64,000 nt of DNA from an uncultured Rickettsiales bacterium (GTDB taxonomy: Bacteria; Pseudomonadota; Alphaproteobacteria; Rickettsiales; JALZUV01), in contig CAZZJS010000004.1 of NCBI GenBank assembly GCA_964654855.1, positions 133,146 to 197,145 on the forward strand, given 5' to 3'. Within the stretch, counting starts at the first letter, position 1. Every line of letters starts with the position of its first letter. A model generated the notes under the pieces. The model was not told the origin of the DNA and did not search any database. It worked only from the letters and a program-made list of their open reading frames with translations. The translations under genes were made by a program, and so were the position numbers. Of this stretch, positions 28,080 to 38,125 are shown in pieces.

Positions 28080-28835
28080 CTAGAACTCATCCAATCCCTC
28101 ACGGCGTAATAAAGGTTCCAAGCGTAATGCAACAACTTTGGCGAGGAACTTTAATAACTCATCCGATTGCTGTGGGTGGAAACGGCCTGCATAACGCACC
28201 CCAAAACCCAATACGCCTTGACGCTTATTATGCGGCAAATCCATCCGTAAAAGAATACAAGAGCGAATCAACCCTTCGCACGCTTCAAACACAGTTTTTG
28301 TACCTTCGGGAAAGCCTTCACGCGTATCTAATATGGCGAAACTATTTTGACCCTGTCCAATCGCAGCATCAACACCACCGGGCATGAGTACACCAATACC
28401 GCTATAGCTAGCCTCGCTAAATTGAGTTTCATATTGATCGGCAAGGGGTGTTTCTACCGCTAAACGTACCGCATCCACATCGAAAATCGATGTGAGCTCT
28501 TCCGTCACTTTTTGTAGAAGCTGTTCCAGCGATTCTGCTTTGACCAAGGCCAACACCGCCTGATTCACCTGAGCTTGCGTGCTAATATTATCGCGCGTTA
28601 CCCCTATTAGTTCTTCTAGATCGTCTTTTAACTCACGTTGCCGAGATTGCAGTCGATGCAGCATATGCGCCTGAAAATCCTCAACATTCTCTCCTTGCTG
28701 AGCTTCTGGCGGAGTAAGGTGCGTCAGAATTTCTGGATTTTCTGCCAAAAAATCAGGGTGCTCTAATAGCCAAGCACGCACCTCTGCTTCATTAGGAGGA
28801 GAGGGAAGGGGCAGTTCAGGTTCTTTCTTACTCAT
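28080..28835 (-). CDS. DUF484 (YigA-like) family protein
   Basis: EVRAWLLEHPDFLAENPEIL N-terminus and a GAF-like C-terminal half. I moved the start from 28949 to ATG 28835 (MSKKEPEL...). Confidence 0.8.
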   Translation of the reverse strand: MSKKEPELPLPSPPNEAEVRAWLLEHPDFLAENPEILTHLTPPEAQQGENVEDFQAHMLHRLQSRQRELKDDLEELIGVTRDNISTQAQVNQAVLALVKAESLEQLLQKVTEELTSIFDVDAVRLAVETPLADQYETQFSEASYSGIGVLMPGGVDAAIGQGQNSFAILDTREGFPEGTKTVFEACEGLIRSCILLRMDLPHNKRQGVLGFGVRYAGRFHPQQSDELLKFLAKVVALRLEPLLRREGLDEF

Positions 28836-28943
28836 GGAATAATTGTAGTCTTTCTGCGCCTTTGCTTCAATCATGTACAATTGTAAGCCTATAAAAACCC
28901 GAAAACCATTTACAGCATGCGCCAAAATCGCCATATAAGGTGC

Positions 28944-30542
28944 ATGCAAAATATCTTTAAGAACTTCCTAGGAAATTCCCCGCAATGGTACAAGCTAACT
29001 ATTCTTAGCTTTTTAATCATCAATCCTTTAGTGCTTTCGATCCTCGGTATGGAGGAGGGCGGCTATATTGTCGGCTGGATGCTGGTTGGACAGTTTATCT
29101 TTACGCTAGCCATGGCATTAAAATGTTACCCGCTACAGCCCGGCGGCTTACTCGCCCTTCAAGCAGTTTTTCTAGGATTAAGTTCCCCTTATACTGTTTT
29201 TCATGAAATTGAACTGGGTTTAAGCGTGATCTTGCTACTTATTTTCATGGTGGCAGGCATCTACTTTATGAAAGACCTTTTGCTGCTTATTTTCACAAAA
29301 GTGCTCGTAAAAGTGCGAATCAAGCCTGTTTTATCACTTATTTTCTGCTTTTTGGCCGCAATTCTTTCTGCCTTCTTAGATGCGTTAACCGTGACGGCCG
29401 TAATTATCGCTGTCTTTTCTGGCTTCTATTCGGTTTATCACCGAGTCGCATCAAGCCGTGGAGCAAACGACGCCCATGATCATTCTTGCGATAACAGTGT
29501 TCAAGACGACCATCGTGCCGATCTCGAACAATTCCGTGCTTTCTTACGTAGCCTTACAATGCATGCCTTGGTCGGTACGGCATTGGGTGGTGTATGTACG
29601 CTCGTAGGTGAACCGCAAAACTTACTCATCGCTAATGTGGCTGGTTGGGGCTTTATGGAGTTCTTTTATCGCATGTCGCCCGTCACCATGCCTGTATTTG
29701 CAGCAGGTCTAATCACTTGTTTCCTCTTAGAGAAATTCAAAATCTTCGGTTACGGGGCGAAAATCCCTGAGAGCGTCTTGATTATTTTGCGTGACTTCGA
29801 TGCGGAGCAAGCTTCAAAACGTACCGATCGCGATAGAGCAATTCTTTTCGTACAGGGTGTCGTGGCGATTTGGCTCGTAATTGCTCTCATGCTTCACTTG
29901 GCTGAAGTGGGCTTGATTGGTCTTTCTATCATTGTGCTTCTCACCGCCTTTATGGGCATTACGGAAGAACATCAGATTGGTAAAGCTTTTGAAGAAGCGC
30001 TACCCTTCACCGCCCTTCTCGTTGTGTTTTTTGCTGTTGTGGCCGTTATTAACGACCAAAACCTCTTTGGGGGCATCATTGCACAAGTGCTCGCAATGGA
30101 AGGTTCAGCACGTATTACCGCTTTCTATGTCGCTAACGGTGTGCTTTCTGCGATTAGTGATAATGTGTTTGTCGCCACTGTTTATGTAGGTGAAATTAAG
30201 AATGCCCTAATAAACGGTACGATTAACCGTGAGACGTTTGATTTATTATCAGTAGCGATTAACACCGGAACCAACATTCCATCTATCGCAACGCCTAATG
30301 GGCAAGCCGCGTTCCTCTTCTTGCTTACCTCAGCCTTAGCGCCGTTAATCCGCTTATCTTACGTAAAGATGATGACCATGGCGCTGCCTTATACGATTAT
30401 CCTTTCTATCGTTGGCTATCTTATGGTAGCAAACCAGTTGGAGCCGAAAACGCAAGAGCTCTACGATAAAGGGCTCATTCACCATCACAGTGCGGATGAA
30501 ATCTCTAAAGATGCTTGTGACGCAGATGGAGGGCATCATTAA
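28944..30542 (+). CDS. nhaB: Na+/H+ antiporter NhaB
   Basis: About 530 aa and polytopic. The N-terminus [28 protein letters not shown] is typical of NhaB. Start moved from 28917 to ATG 28944 (AAGG 5 nt upstream). Confidence 0.8.
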   Translation: MQNIFKNFLGNSPQWYKLTILSFLIINPLVLSILGMEEGGYIVGWMLVGQFIFTLAMALKCYPLQPGGLLALQAVFLGLSSPYTVFHEIELGLSVILLLIFMVAGIYFMKDLLLLIFTKVLVKVRIKPVLSLIFCFLAAILSAFLDALTVTAVIIAVFSGFYSVYHRVASSRGANDAHDHSCDNSVQDDHRADLEQFRAFLRSLTMHALVGTALGGVCTLVGEPQNLLIANVAGWGFMEFFYRMSPVTMPVFAAGLITCFLLEKFKIFGYGAKIPESVLIILRDFDAEQASKRTDRDRAILFVQGVVAIWLVIALMLHLAEVGLIGLSIIVLLTAFMGITEEHQIGKAFEEALPFTALLVVFFAVVAVINDQNLFGGIIAQVLAMEGSARITAFYVANGVLSAISDNVFVATVYVGEIKNALINGTINRETFDLLSVAINTGTNIPSIATPNGQAAFLFLLTSALAPLIRLSYVKMMTMALPYTIILSIVGYLMVANQLEPKTQELYDKGLIHHHSADEISKDACDADGGHH

Positions 30543-31138
30543 TGGCTGAAGTGCAAAAACTGCTAGACGGTTATCGCGAATTCTATAAAGAGGAATCAGC
30601 AGATGGCGGAAAGCTTTTTGAGCAATTAAGCCAAGGACAATCACCAAAAACGCTTATCATCACTTGTTCTGATTCGCGTGTTAGCCCTGTTACCTTGACG
30701 AAGGCTGACCCTGGTGAAGTTTTTATGATTCGTAACGTAGCAAATCTTGTCCCTCCCTATCAGCCAGATGGTGATAGCTTGCATGGGGTGAGTGCCGCTC
30801 TCGAATTTGGCGTTTGTCACTTAGAGGTAAAGCATATTGTCGTCATGGGTCATAGCGGATGCGGTGGTATTAAAGCATTGCGCGAAGGTATTGCCCCACA
30901 AGAAGGCGAAGATTTTAGCTTTATTGACCCTTGGATGCAAATTGCCAAGGACGCAAAATGCGATGCTCAAAGCGACTGCGAGCAAGATGCGATTAAGCTT
31001 TCTTTGAAAAATTTAGAGAGTTTTCCGTGGATTAAATCACGCATTGAAAGTAGTGCTGTTAAGCTTCACGGTTGGTATTTCCGCATTGAAGACGGAAAGT
31101 TGCTAACGCTTGAAGGCGATAATTTCACAGATATTTAA
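30542..31138 (+). CDS. Beta-class carbonic anhydrase
   Basis: 198 aa. Zn ligands CSDSR...HSGCGG. The start overlaps the nhaB stop (TAATG). Confidence 0.9.
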   Translation: MAEVQKLLDGYREFYKEESADGGKLFEQLSQGQSPKTLIITCSDSRVSPVTLTKADPGEVFMIRNVANLVPPYQPDGDSLHGVSAALEFGVCHLEVKHIVVMGHSGCGGIKALREGIAPQEGEDFSFIDPWMQIAKDAKCDAQSDCEQDAIKLSLKNLESFPWIKSRIESSAVKLHGWYFRIEDGKLLTLEGDNFTDI

Positions 31139-31142
31139 TTCT

Positions 31143-31982
31143 TTACCAGCGAACTTCCGGTGGCATTGACATAAGAATCGCCTCCGTATTTCCGCCTGTC
31201 ATAATGCCAAAACGCGTTCCGCGATCATGCAATAGGTTAAATTCCACATAGCGCCCGCGTTTATAGAGCTGTATCTCACGCTCTTTATCCGTCCATTCTT
31301 TGTCACAATGACGGCGTACGAGGGTAGGGTAAGTCTTATTAAAAGTACGTCCTACCTCTTGGGTAAAGGCAAAATCCTTCTCCCAATCTTCTTTCAAATA
31401 GTCATAGAAAATGCCGCCAATGCCTCGTGGTTCCTCACGATGGGGTAGATAAAAATACTCATCACACCATTTTTTATAATCAGAATATTTATCATGATGG
31501 CGATCACAACACTCTTTCCAAGCAGCATGAAAATCTGCTGCATCCTGTTCGTTTGGCAACATAGGCGTTAGATCGGCACCACCTCCAAACCATAGGTTAC
31601 TTTCACCCGTTAAAATCATACGCGTGTTCATATGTACGGCCGGCACATGAGGATTCACCATATGTGCTACCAATGAGATACCCGCCGCCCAGAAGCGTGG
31701 GTCTTCCGCTCCGCCTGGCATTTCCTTACGAAATTTTTCGGAAAATTCACCATGCACCACCGAGATATTCACCCCGACTTTTTCAAAAACCTTACCCCGC
31801 ATGAGCGACATTTCACCGCCACCTTGCGTTAATGCATCTGGTTCTTTCTGCCAGACATTACGATCAAATTGAGCGTCAGAGCCTTTCTCTCTCTCAATTG
31901 ATTCAAATTCCTGACAAATCTGATCCCGCAACTCGCGAAACCAGCCAGAGGCACGTTGTTTTTTTGTTTCAATCTCATTCAT
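31143..31982 (-). CDS. hemF: Oxygen-dependent coproporphyrinogen III oxidase
   Basis: 279 aa. [14 protein letters not shown] and a C-terminal PPEVRW. Confidence 0.95.
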   Translation of the reverse strand: MNEIETKKQRASGWFRELRDQICQEFESIEREKGSDAQFDRNVWQKEPDALTQGGGEMSLMRGKVFEKVGVNISVVHGEFSEKFRKEMPGGAEDPRFWAAGISLVAHMVNPHVPAVHMNTRMILTGESNLWFGGGADLTPMLPNEQDAADFHAAWKECCDRHHDKYSDYKKWCDEYFYLPHREEPRGIGGIFYDYLKEDWEKDFAFTQEVGRTFNKTYPTLVRRHCDKEWTDKEREIQLYKRGRYVEFNLLHDRGTRFGIMTGGNTEAILMSMPPEVRW

Positions 31983-32106
31983 GCTAGCCGTTGTAACTTA
32001 TACACAGCCAGAGGCAATCTCTTTCCCAAAATGGTGCGATGCACAAAATTCTTGACTTGTGCAGTGCAACATGCGTAAATAATATAAATATATAGGAGTA
32101 TAGGAT

Positions 32107-32508
32107 ATGTTTGATCAATTTACGAAAGGCTTTCAGTCTTTTAAAGTACCGCAGTTCGATACGAGCGCATTCGTTGCTATGCAACAGAAAAATATTGAGA
32201 ATTTTACTGCCATTTCGCAAGCATTTGGTGAATCAACGCAGGAATTTGCTAAGAAAACTGCTGAATTTGCACAAGCAAATACGGAAGCAGCAATCAGCGC
32301 ATCACGTGATGTTTTCACGACAACTGCACCTGACCAAAATGCAGCAAAGCAAAGCGAGCTCGCTAAAAAGACGCTAGCAACCTGCACTAAACAAGCAAAA
32401 GAGCTAACGGAAATGGCAACAAAATCGCAATTTAAAGCATTTGAAGCGATGAATAAGCATTTCAACGAGACAGTAGAAGAAGCTAAGAACTTCGCAAAAG
32501 CGGCTTAG
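32107..32508 (+). CDS. Phasin-family (PHA granule-associated) protein
   Basis: 133 aa, all-helical. The N-terminus FQSFKVPQFDTSAFVAMQQKNIENFTAISQ is typical of the Phasin_2 family. Confidence 0.7.
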   Translation: MFDQFTKGFQSFKVPQFDTSAFVAMQQKNIENFTAISQAFGESTQEFAKKTAEFAQANTEAAISASRDVFTTTAPDQNAAKQSELAKKTLATCTKQAKELTEMATKSQFKAFEAMNKHFNETVEEAKNFAKAA

Positions 32509-32529
32509 TTTTTTCAAAGATTCGATAAA

Positions 32530-32557
32530 GGGGAGGGCATTTGCTCTCCCCTTTTTT
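32530..32557 (+). terminator. Rho-independent terminator after the phasin gene
   Basis: GGGGAGGGC-attt-GCTCTCCCC stem followed by T6. Confidence 0.8.
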
Positions 32558-32563
32558 ATTAAC

Positions 32564-33901
32564 TTAAAGTGGAAGTGTAATCGTTACTCGCAAACCATCC
32601 CCATGAGGCGAGTCATCTAAGCTTACATCTCCACCATGCGCATGGATAATATCACGCACGATAGTAAGCCCTAAACCCGCGCCACCGGTTTCTGAATTAC
32701 GTGACTCTTCTAATCGTTTAAAGGCACGAAACACCGACTCACGGTCTTTCTCAGCAATGCCAGAGCCATCATCATCAATCATAATGAGGCATTTTTTGCG
32801 GCGAAGTTTGACGCTAATCCAACAATGGTCACCATAGCGCAATGCATTATCAATCAAATTGCGTACTGCCCGAATCATCGCTTGTGTTTTCACCGTGATA
32901 GAACGATGCGGCACCTCACCTAAATTTACATCTGATTTGCGCCTCTGATAAGGTTCCACTGCGCGACTCAGCAATTGGCCGATGGAAATTTTACTCGCTT
33001 CCTCGCTTCCCTCACCACTGGCAAAGGCAAGGTAAGATTCCACCATTCTCTGCATTTCTTCTACATCATAGCCAAGCTCTTCCAATCCGTCTTTTCCCCC
33101 CAGCATTTCCAACTCCAACCTCATACGGGTGAGGGGGGTGCGTAAATCATGGCTAATACCGGCCAACATAGCGGTACGGCTTTCCACTTGGCGACGAATA
33201 CGCCCTCGCATTTCAATAAAAGCACGGGCGGCCTGACGTACTTCTTGCGCGCCCGATGGACGGAAACCTTCGACCTCTTGTCCGCGACCAAAACTCTCCG
33301 CCGCGGAAGACAGCTGGACAATCGGACGAATTTGATTGCGTAAAAATAAGATCGCCACCAGTATTAAAATAGAAGCCGCACCCACCATCCACGCAACAAA
33401 AATAAGGGTGGTGGAACTGGCAAGTCGTTTCTTTGGCGCTTCAATCCGAAGCATAGAACCGCGAATCGGTACTAAAATATTCAGTTTTTCTGTTTCTTCT
33501 ACATAACGCAGGGCAAATGGCCGATTAATTCGTTTTGCTAACTGCTCTTCAAATACGGGGAAATGCACTTCCTCTGCCGTTTTGGGGACTGAATCGCGCA
33601 TGGGTGGCAGCATCGCTACAAGCAAACCATAATTGCGCTCCGCCTGTAGCGCCAACCATTTGCGCCGTTCTGCATCACGAGTCGAGAATTCCCAATGCTC
33701 TACCAACCACGTTACCTCACCTGCAAGAGACGAGGAGAGCTGGCGCGTCACACTCGCCCAGTGTTTGTCGTAAAAAATGTAAACAGCAATGAGCTGCACC
33801 AATAAAATGGGCAGCACCAAAATCAATAAAGCACGCACAAATAGAGTTTTAGGGGCTAATCGGCGGAAAAATCGACTAATAGCACGCATTTTATACCCCA
33901 A
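32564..33901 (-). CDS. Sensor histidine kinase (EnvZ-like, HAMP-HisKA-HATPase)
   Basis: 445 aa. Two TM segments, H-box GISHDLRTPLTRM and G-boxes DDDGSGI / GGAGLGL. Confidence 0.9.
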   Translation of the reverse strand: MGYKMRAISRFFRRLAPKTLFVRALLILVLPILLVQLIAVYIFYDKHWASVTRQLSSSLAGEVTWLVEHWEFSTRDAERRKWLALQAERNYGLLVAMLPPMRDSVPKTAEEVHFPVFEEQLAKRINRPFALRYVEETEKLNILVPIRGSMLRIEAPKKRLASSTTLIFVAWMVGAASILILVAILFLRNQIRPIVQLSSAAESFGRGQEVEGFRPSGAQEVRQAARAFIEMRGRIRRQVESRTAMLAGISHDLRTPLTRMRLELEMLGGKDGLEELGYDVEEMQRMVESYLAFASGEGSEEASKISIGQLLSRAVEPYQRRKSDVNLGEVPHRSITVKTQAMIRAVRNLIDNALRYGDHCWISVKLRRKKCLIMIDDDGSGIAEKDRESVFRAFKRLEESRNSETGGAGLGLTIVRDIIHAHGGDVSLDDSPHGDGLRVTITLPL

Positions 33902-34571
33902 CCGCTAATTTATAGCCTTTACCACGTACCGTTTGGATATGGCTCGCACCGCCCAATTTTTTACGCAGCCGCCCCATCTGCACATCCACATGGCGTAAAT
34001 TTTCACTTCCCTCTAAACGTTCTGCCAGAACCTCTCGAGATAAAGGCTCATTTGGCTTTTCCGCTAGAGCAGTTAGAATCTCTCGTTCAGCTGTCGTCAG
34101 TGAAATATTACCTTGGGAATCATGCAAAAGAGTTTGCGCGGTGCGATCAAACTGAAAATCACCAAAAGTAAGGTTTAAAGTTTCTTCTTGTTTTGATTGA
34201 GTGCGTTTGAGGATATTACCTAAACGTAGTAAAAGCTCGCGCGGCTCAAACGGCTTGGTAAGATAATCTTCTACTCCCGATTCTAATCCAGCAACGCGAT
34301 CATCAGCCGTATCCATCGCCGTCAGCATCAAAATAGGCATCGTGTTTTCTTCACCTAATTCATTCGCAAATTCTAGGCCTGTTTGGCCAGGCATCATCAC
34401 ATCAAGTACCATTAAGTCTGGCTTTAGAAGCGAAAGAATCTGGCGTGCTTGTTCGGTATCTGCCGCTGTGCTGACGACATAGGATTGCTCTTTAAGGTAT
34501 CGCTCTAACAGTTTTCGTAAACGATCATCGTCATCCACCACTAAAATATGCGCTTTAGGAAGCCCGCTCAT
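33891..34571 (-). CDS. OmpR-family response regulator
   Basis: 226 aa. Receiver domain (VVDDD...DLMVLDVMMPG...KP) plus a winged-helix C-terminus (VRGKGYKL). Confidence 0.9.
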   Translation of the reverse strand: MSGLPKAHILVVDDDDRLRKLLERYLKEQSYVVSTAADTEQARQILSLLKPDLMVLDVMMPGQTGLEFANELGEENTMPILMLTAMDTADDRVAGLESGVEDYLTKPFEPRELLLRLGNILKRTQSKQEETLNLTFGDFQFDRTAQTLLHDSQGNISLTTAEREILTALAEKPNEPLSREVLAERLEGSENLRHVDVQMGRLRKKLGGASHIQTVRGKGYKLAVGV

Positions 34572-35092
34572 AGACGTTCCTTACGCTTGAGAAAAAGAAT
34601 CCACGCTCCTGAGCCACCATCCTCTGGCCGAGCTTGATGATAAGTTAGGATAAGCCGGCGATTTTCAGGGAAATTGACCCAGCGCGGTAATGCCGCTTTC
34701 AATACCCCTTTGCCTGTCATTTTCCCATAACCTGTCACCACGCGCACCACGCGCAAACCTGATTGCGAAGCCTCATACAAAAATTGATGAAACTGATGCG
34801 ATGCTTGCATTTGCGTGTAGCCATGTAAATCCAGCGTCGCTTGTGGTGTTTCCTGCCCGCGACGCAATCGTTGAGCCGTACGACGATGAACACTCGCCAT
34901 ATCATCTGGCTGCAAATCAATCGAAGTCGATGGTCTCGCTATAGGCATATTCGACTTCATCATAACCGAGGGAGTTACTGACTCAACCTCACTTGCAGCT
35001 ATATCTACAACACGCGTATTCACATGTTGAACATCCTGTGTGAAGTGATGCCAAAGCCGTTTTTCTTCAGGAGTCAGCGTGCGTTTATTCAT
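34568..35092 (-). CDS. Smr domain-containing protein
   Basis: 174 aa. LDLHGYTQMQA...VRVVTGYG Smr motif. Confidence 0.8.
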   Translation of the reverse strand: MNKRTLTPEEKRLWHHFTQDVQHVNTRVVDIAASEVESVTPSVMMKSNMPIARPSTSIDLQPDDMASVHRRTAQRLRRGQETPQATLDLHGYTQMQASHQFHQFLYEASQSGLRVVRVVTGYGKMTGKGVLKAALPRWVNFPENRRLILTYHQARPEDGGSGAWILFLKRKERL

Positions 35093-36068
35093 GCAAGCTG
35101 CCTTTTGGTTTCAACACGGTAAAACGAGCCTTTTGCTTTAAACGACCAGCTAATTCACCAATGCCATCGCCAGCACCCAAAAACCAATCTGCTCGACGCT
35201 TCGTTTTAATTGCGCTGCCTGTATCTTGCGCGATGGTAAGCAGATAACTGGGCTTCGTCTCATCTGGCAATGTCGTCTCAATTAAAACCGGCGTTCCATA
35301 AGGGATTTCCTTTGGATCCACCGCTATTGAACCACGCGGTGTAAGCGGTACGCCCTGTCCACCAATGGCTGCAGGCGCTTCTTGTAAACTGAAGAAAACA
35401 TAGGAAGGGTTATGCCAAAGCACTTTATTTGCATTTTCTGGATTATTTCGGAGCCATTTTTTGATGCCCTGCATCGACATCGCTTCGCCCGTCACCATCT
35501 CATTTTTAATCATATATTTGCCGATGGACTGGTATTTCTGGCCATTCTTATCTGCAAAGCCAAGCCCCATTATTTTGCCATCCGGCAAAACAACACGGCC
35601 TGAGCCCTGAATATGTAAAAAGAAAAGATCGACCTTATCTTTCACCCAAAGAAGCGGGTTTTCCTTACCTTTCAATGCACCTTGATCAATTTCTTGGCGA
35701 GTAAAATAAGGTTTTTTTATTCTTTTTGGAACTCCCCAAACCGGATGCGGATAGTCTGCTGTTTTTTCTAAAGAACCTTCTAAAAGAGGTAGGTAGTAAG
35801 CGGTTAGCAAGCCGTCACTCGTTAATAGCTGAGGTTGATAGCGTTTTTCAAAGAAAGCGCGCTTTTCCTGTGGAGAAACGAGCTTCTTTTGCCAAAATTG
35901 CATGCAAAAGGCTTTATTTTGACGCGTGGGCTTATGGTGCACACAAGCTTTAGCCAAAGCGGCATAGGCTGGCTCAACATCTACTTGGTTCCATTGAAGA
36001 AAATTCTTAAACCCGCATAAAGCGAAAAAGCTCAAAATAATCAAAAAATAACGCGTCATGGGGCGCAC
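35085..36068 (-). CDS. mltA: Membrane-bound lytic murein transglycosylase A
   Basis: 327 aa. MltA-specific and 3D domains (DTGSAIK...RADWFLGAG). Confidence 0.85.
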   Translation of the reverse strand: MRPMTRYFLIILSFFALCGFKNFLQWNQVDVEPAYAALAKACVHHKPTRQNKAFCMQFWQKKLVSPQEKRAFFEKRYQPQLLTSDGLLTAYYLPLLEGSLEKTADYPHPVWGVPKRIKKPYFTRQEIDQGALKGKENPLLWVKDKVDLFFLHIQGSGRVVLPDGKIMGLGFADKNGQKYQSIGKYMIKNEMVTGEAMSMQGIKKWLRNNPENANKVLWHNPSYVFFSLQEAPAAIGGQGVPLTPRGSIAVDPKEIPYGTPVLIETTLPDETKPSYLLTIAQDTGSAIKTKRRADWFLGAGDGIGELAGRLKQKARFTVLKPKGSLHE

Positions 36069-36117
36069 TATATCAGGTCTTTTAAAATTCGCCAGTCATG
36101 GCAATGAGCGCTGACGC

Positions 36118-36795
36118 TTATGTGTCGATAATCGTCCAGTTCGGATCGCGTGACTTCACCGAACGTTCAAATACCCATTCATCTTCTACACGCGTAATTT
36201 CTGAAGCATCGCCGGAGATTACGGCACCCTCTTCATTACGAACCACATGAATTTGATCAGACATAAATTTCATCGTCATTTGAATTTTCGTACTCTTAAC
36301 TTGCGCATCGGTTAATTCTGCTAGCTCAATTGAAACTAATGTCGTATCAGCCTTAGCCGCACTACTTTCACGATCGATCATAGCTTCTTCAAATTCCTGA
36401 TAAACTTCTTTGGAAAGAATCTGCTTCAATGTAGATTTATCCCCATCGTTAAAGGCTTTAACCGCCCACTCAAACGCACCTTTTGCACCTTCCGTAAATT
36501 CCGTAATATCGACTGAAGGGTCTTTTGCTTTCACTTTCTCAACCTTAGTTTTGATAGGCTCTTCAAGAGCTTCAAAGGCTTTATCAAGCGCTTCTTGCTT
36601 CTTCTCTTCTACCGTGACTTTCACACCCGGCATAGAGATCACACGCTCTTCTAACTCTTTACCCATTTGACGACGCAAATTAGTCGTATCAGGACGATGA
36701 CCTACATCCTTACCTAGCGTGTTACGAAGGCGCAGTGCGATAAAACCTGCGATGAGAGCCAAAATAATAATATCTGCAAATTGAAACGTATCCAT
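36118..36795 (-). CDS. Tim44-like domain protein
   Basis: 225 aa. N-terminal TM anchor and a C-terminal Tim44-like fold. Sits in the conserved alphaproteobacterial position next to secB. Confidence 0.8.
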   Translation of the reverse strand: MDTFQFADIIILALIAGFIALRLRNTLGKDVGHRPDTTNLRRQMGKELEERVISMPGVKVTVEEKKQEALDKAFEALEEPIKTKVEKVKAKDPSVDITEFTEGAKGAFEWAVKAFNDGDKSTLKQILSKEVYQEFEEAMIDRESSAAKADTTLVSIELAELTDAQVKSTKIQMTMKFMSDQIHVVRNEEGAVISGDASEITRVEDEWVFERSVKSRDPNWTIIDT

Positions 36796-36902
36796 AATAT
36801 CAGTCTAACTTAGTTTACCGTTCAAGTGAAACGAAACCTTGAAAGCTGTACCTATGCACACTAGCTTAGCCTCACATGAATAACTGATAGATAGGACTTC
36901 TT

Positions 36903-37367
36903 ATGAGTGATGCAACCCCTAACCCACAACTAACCATCCGTGCCCAATATATTAAAGATCTTTCTTTTGAGGCACCAAAAGGCCCTTTTGGCCTTAGCCA
37001 GCTGAATGAAGGGCCGCAAATGGACGTGAATGTCGATTTGGAAGGCAAGAAAGCAACCGATGATCTTTACGAGATGACTTTAAAGATTTCGGTGAAGGCT
37101 GCTAGTAAAGATGAGACTCTTTTTGTAGCTGAACTTGCTTATGGCGGATTATTCCAAATGCAAAATGTACCGGAAGATCGCGTGCAACCCATGCTTTTCA
37201 TTGATTGCCCCTTCATCATCTTCCCATTTGCTCGACGCGTTTTGGCAGATGTCACACGTGACGGTGGATTCCCGCCACTTATGCTTGAGCCAATTGATTT
37301 CCACGCACTCTTTGTAAAACGTATTCAGGAAGAGCAGGCTAAAAACGGCGATAAAGAATCGAGTTAA
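36903..37367 (+). CDS. secB: Protein-export chaperone SecB
   Basis: 154 aa. QYIKDLSFEAP...FPFARRVLADVTRDGGFPPLML. Confidence 0.9.
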   Translation: MSDATPNPQLTIRAQYIKDLSFEAPKGPFGLSQLNEGPQMDVNVDLEGKKATDDLYEMTLKISVKAASKDETLFVAELAYGGLFQMQNVPEDRVQPMLFIDCPFIIFPFARRVLADVTRDGGFPPLMLEPIDFHALFVKRIQEEQAKNGDKESS

Positions 37368-37370
37368 GCA

Positions 37371-38042
37371 TTACGCCAATTTTTTCCAAAGCGGCTCATT
37401 TAATTGAGATAAAAATTCCTCGTGCGCTTGAAGTTCACTTTCAGCCACGGGGAATTCTCTTTTGGCAAACTCCACCGCCACACGCTCAGCATCCGTATCG
37501 CCCGTATCGGCATCTAAGAGTAGAGCAGATTGGCGCCCGCCCATCAGCTCTAAGTAAACGTCAGCCAGTAACTCCGCATCAAGTAATGCACCGTGAAGAG
37601 TTCGTTCTGACAGGTCAATTTCATAACGACGGCAAAGCGCATCCAAATTTGCTGGCGATCCGGGGAAGCGCTCACGTGCTATCACTACCGTATCAATTGC
37701 ACGATCCATTGGCAGAGCAGGGCGATTAATCCGTTTCAATTCCGCATTAATAAAGCCAATATCAAAGGCCGCATTATGAATCACTAGCGGGCTATCACTT
37801 AAAAACTCCAGAAACTCATCCGCTACATCAGCAAATAAAGGCTTATCGGATAAAAACTCTGCAGATAGGCCGTGAACCTTCTCCGCTTGGGCAGGCATGT
37901 CGCGTTCAGGGTTTAAATAAACATGGTACGATTTACCCGTACGAATCCGCCCATGCATTTCCACACAACCAATTTCGACCATTCGATCATCGCCTTTATG
38001 GTGAAAGCCAGTAGTTTCTGTATCTAAAGCTATTTCGCGCAT
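37371..38042 (-). CDS. dnaQ: DNA polymerase III epsilon subunit (3'-5' exonuclease)
   Basis: 223 aa. Exo motifs IALDTETTG, HNAAFDIGF and HGALLDAELLADVY. Confidence 0.9.
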   Translation of the reverse strand: MREIALDTETTGFHHKGDDRMVEIGCVEMHGRIRTGKSYHVYLNPERDMPAQAEKVHGLSAEFLSDKPLFADVADEFLEFLSDSPLVIHNAAFDIGFINAELKRINRPALPMDRAIDTVVIARERFPGSPANLDALCRRYEIDLSERTLHGALLDAELLADVYLELMGGRQSALLLDADTGDTDAERVAVEFAKREFPVAESELQAHEEFLSQLNEPLWKKLA

Positions 38043-38054
38043 CTTGAGCTTATT

Positions 38055-38125
38055 GGTAATCGGTAATCAATCATTAGTGAAGGTCTAACTTTACCATTTA
38101 TCAATTACTGGTTACTAGTTACCCC
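38055..38125. repeat. Inverted arrays of 7-bp GTAAY-type repeats in the dnaQ/island divergent spacer
   Basis: GGTAATC GGTAATC (38055-38068) faces TTACTGG TTACTAG TTACCCC (38105-38125). The last unit abuts ATG 38126. Confidence 0.4.

Noticed and set aside
31984-32220. A 78-aa minus-strand ORF between hemF and the phasin gene.
   Set aside because: It overlaps the phasin start and promoter region, has no RBS and has an odd composition. It is likely spurious.
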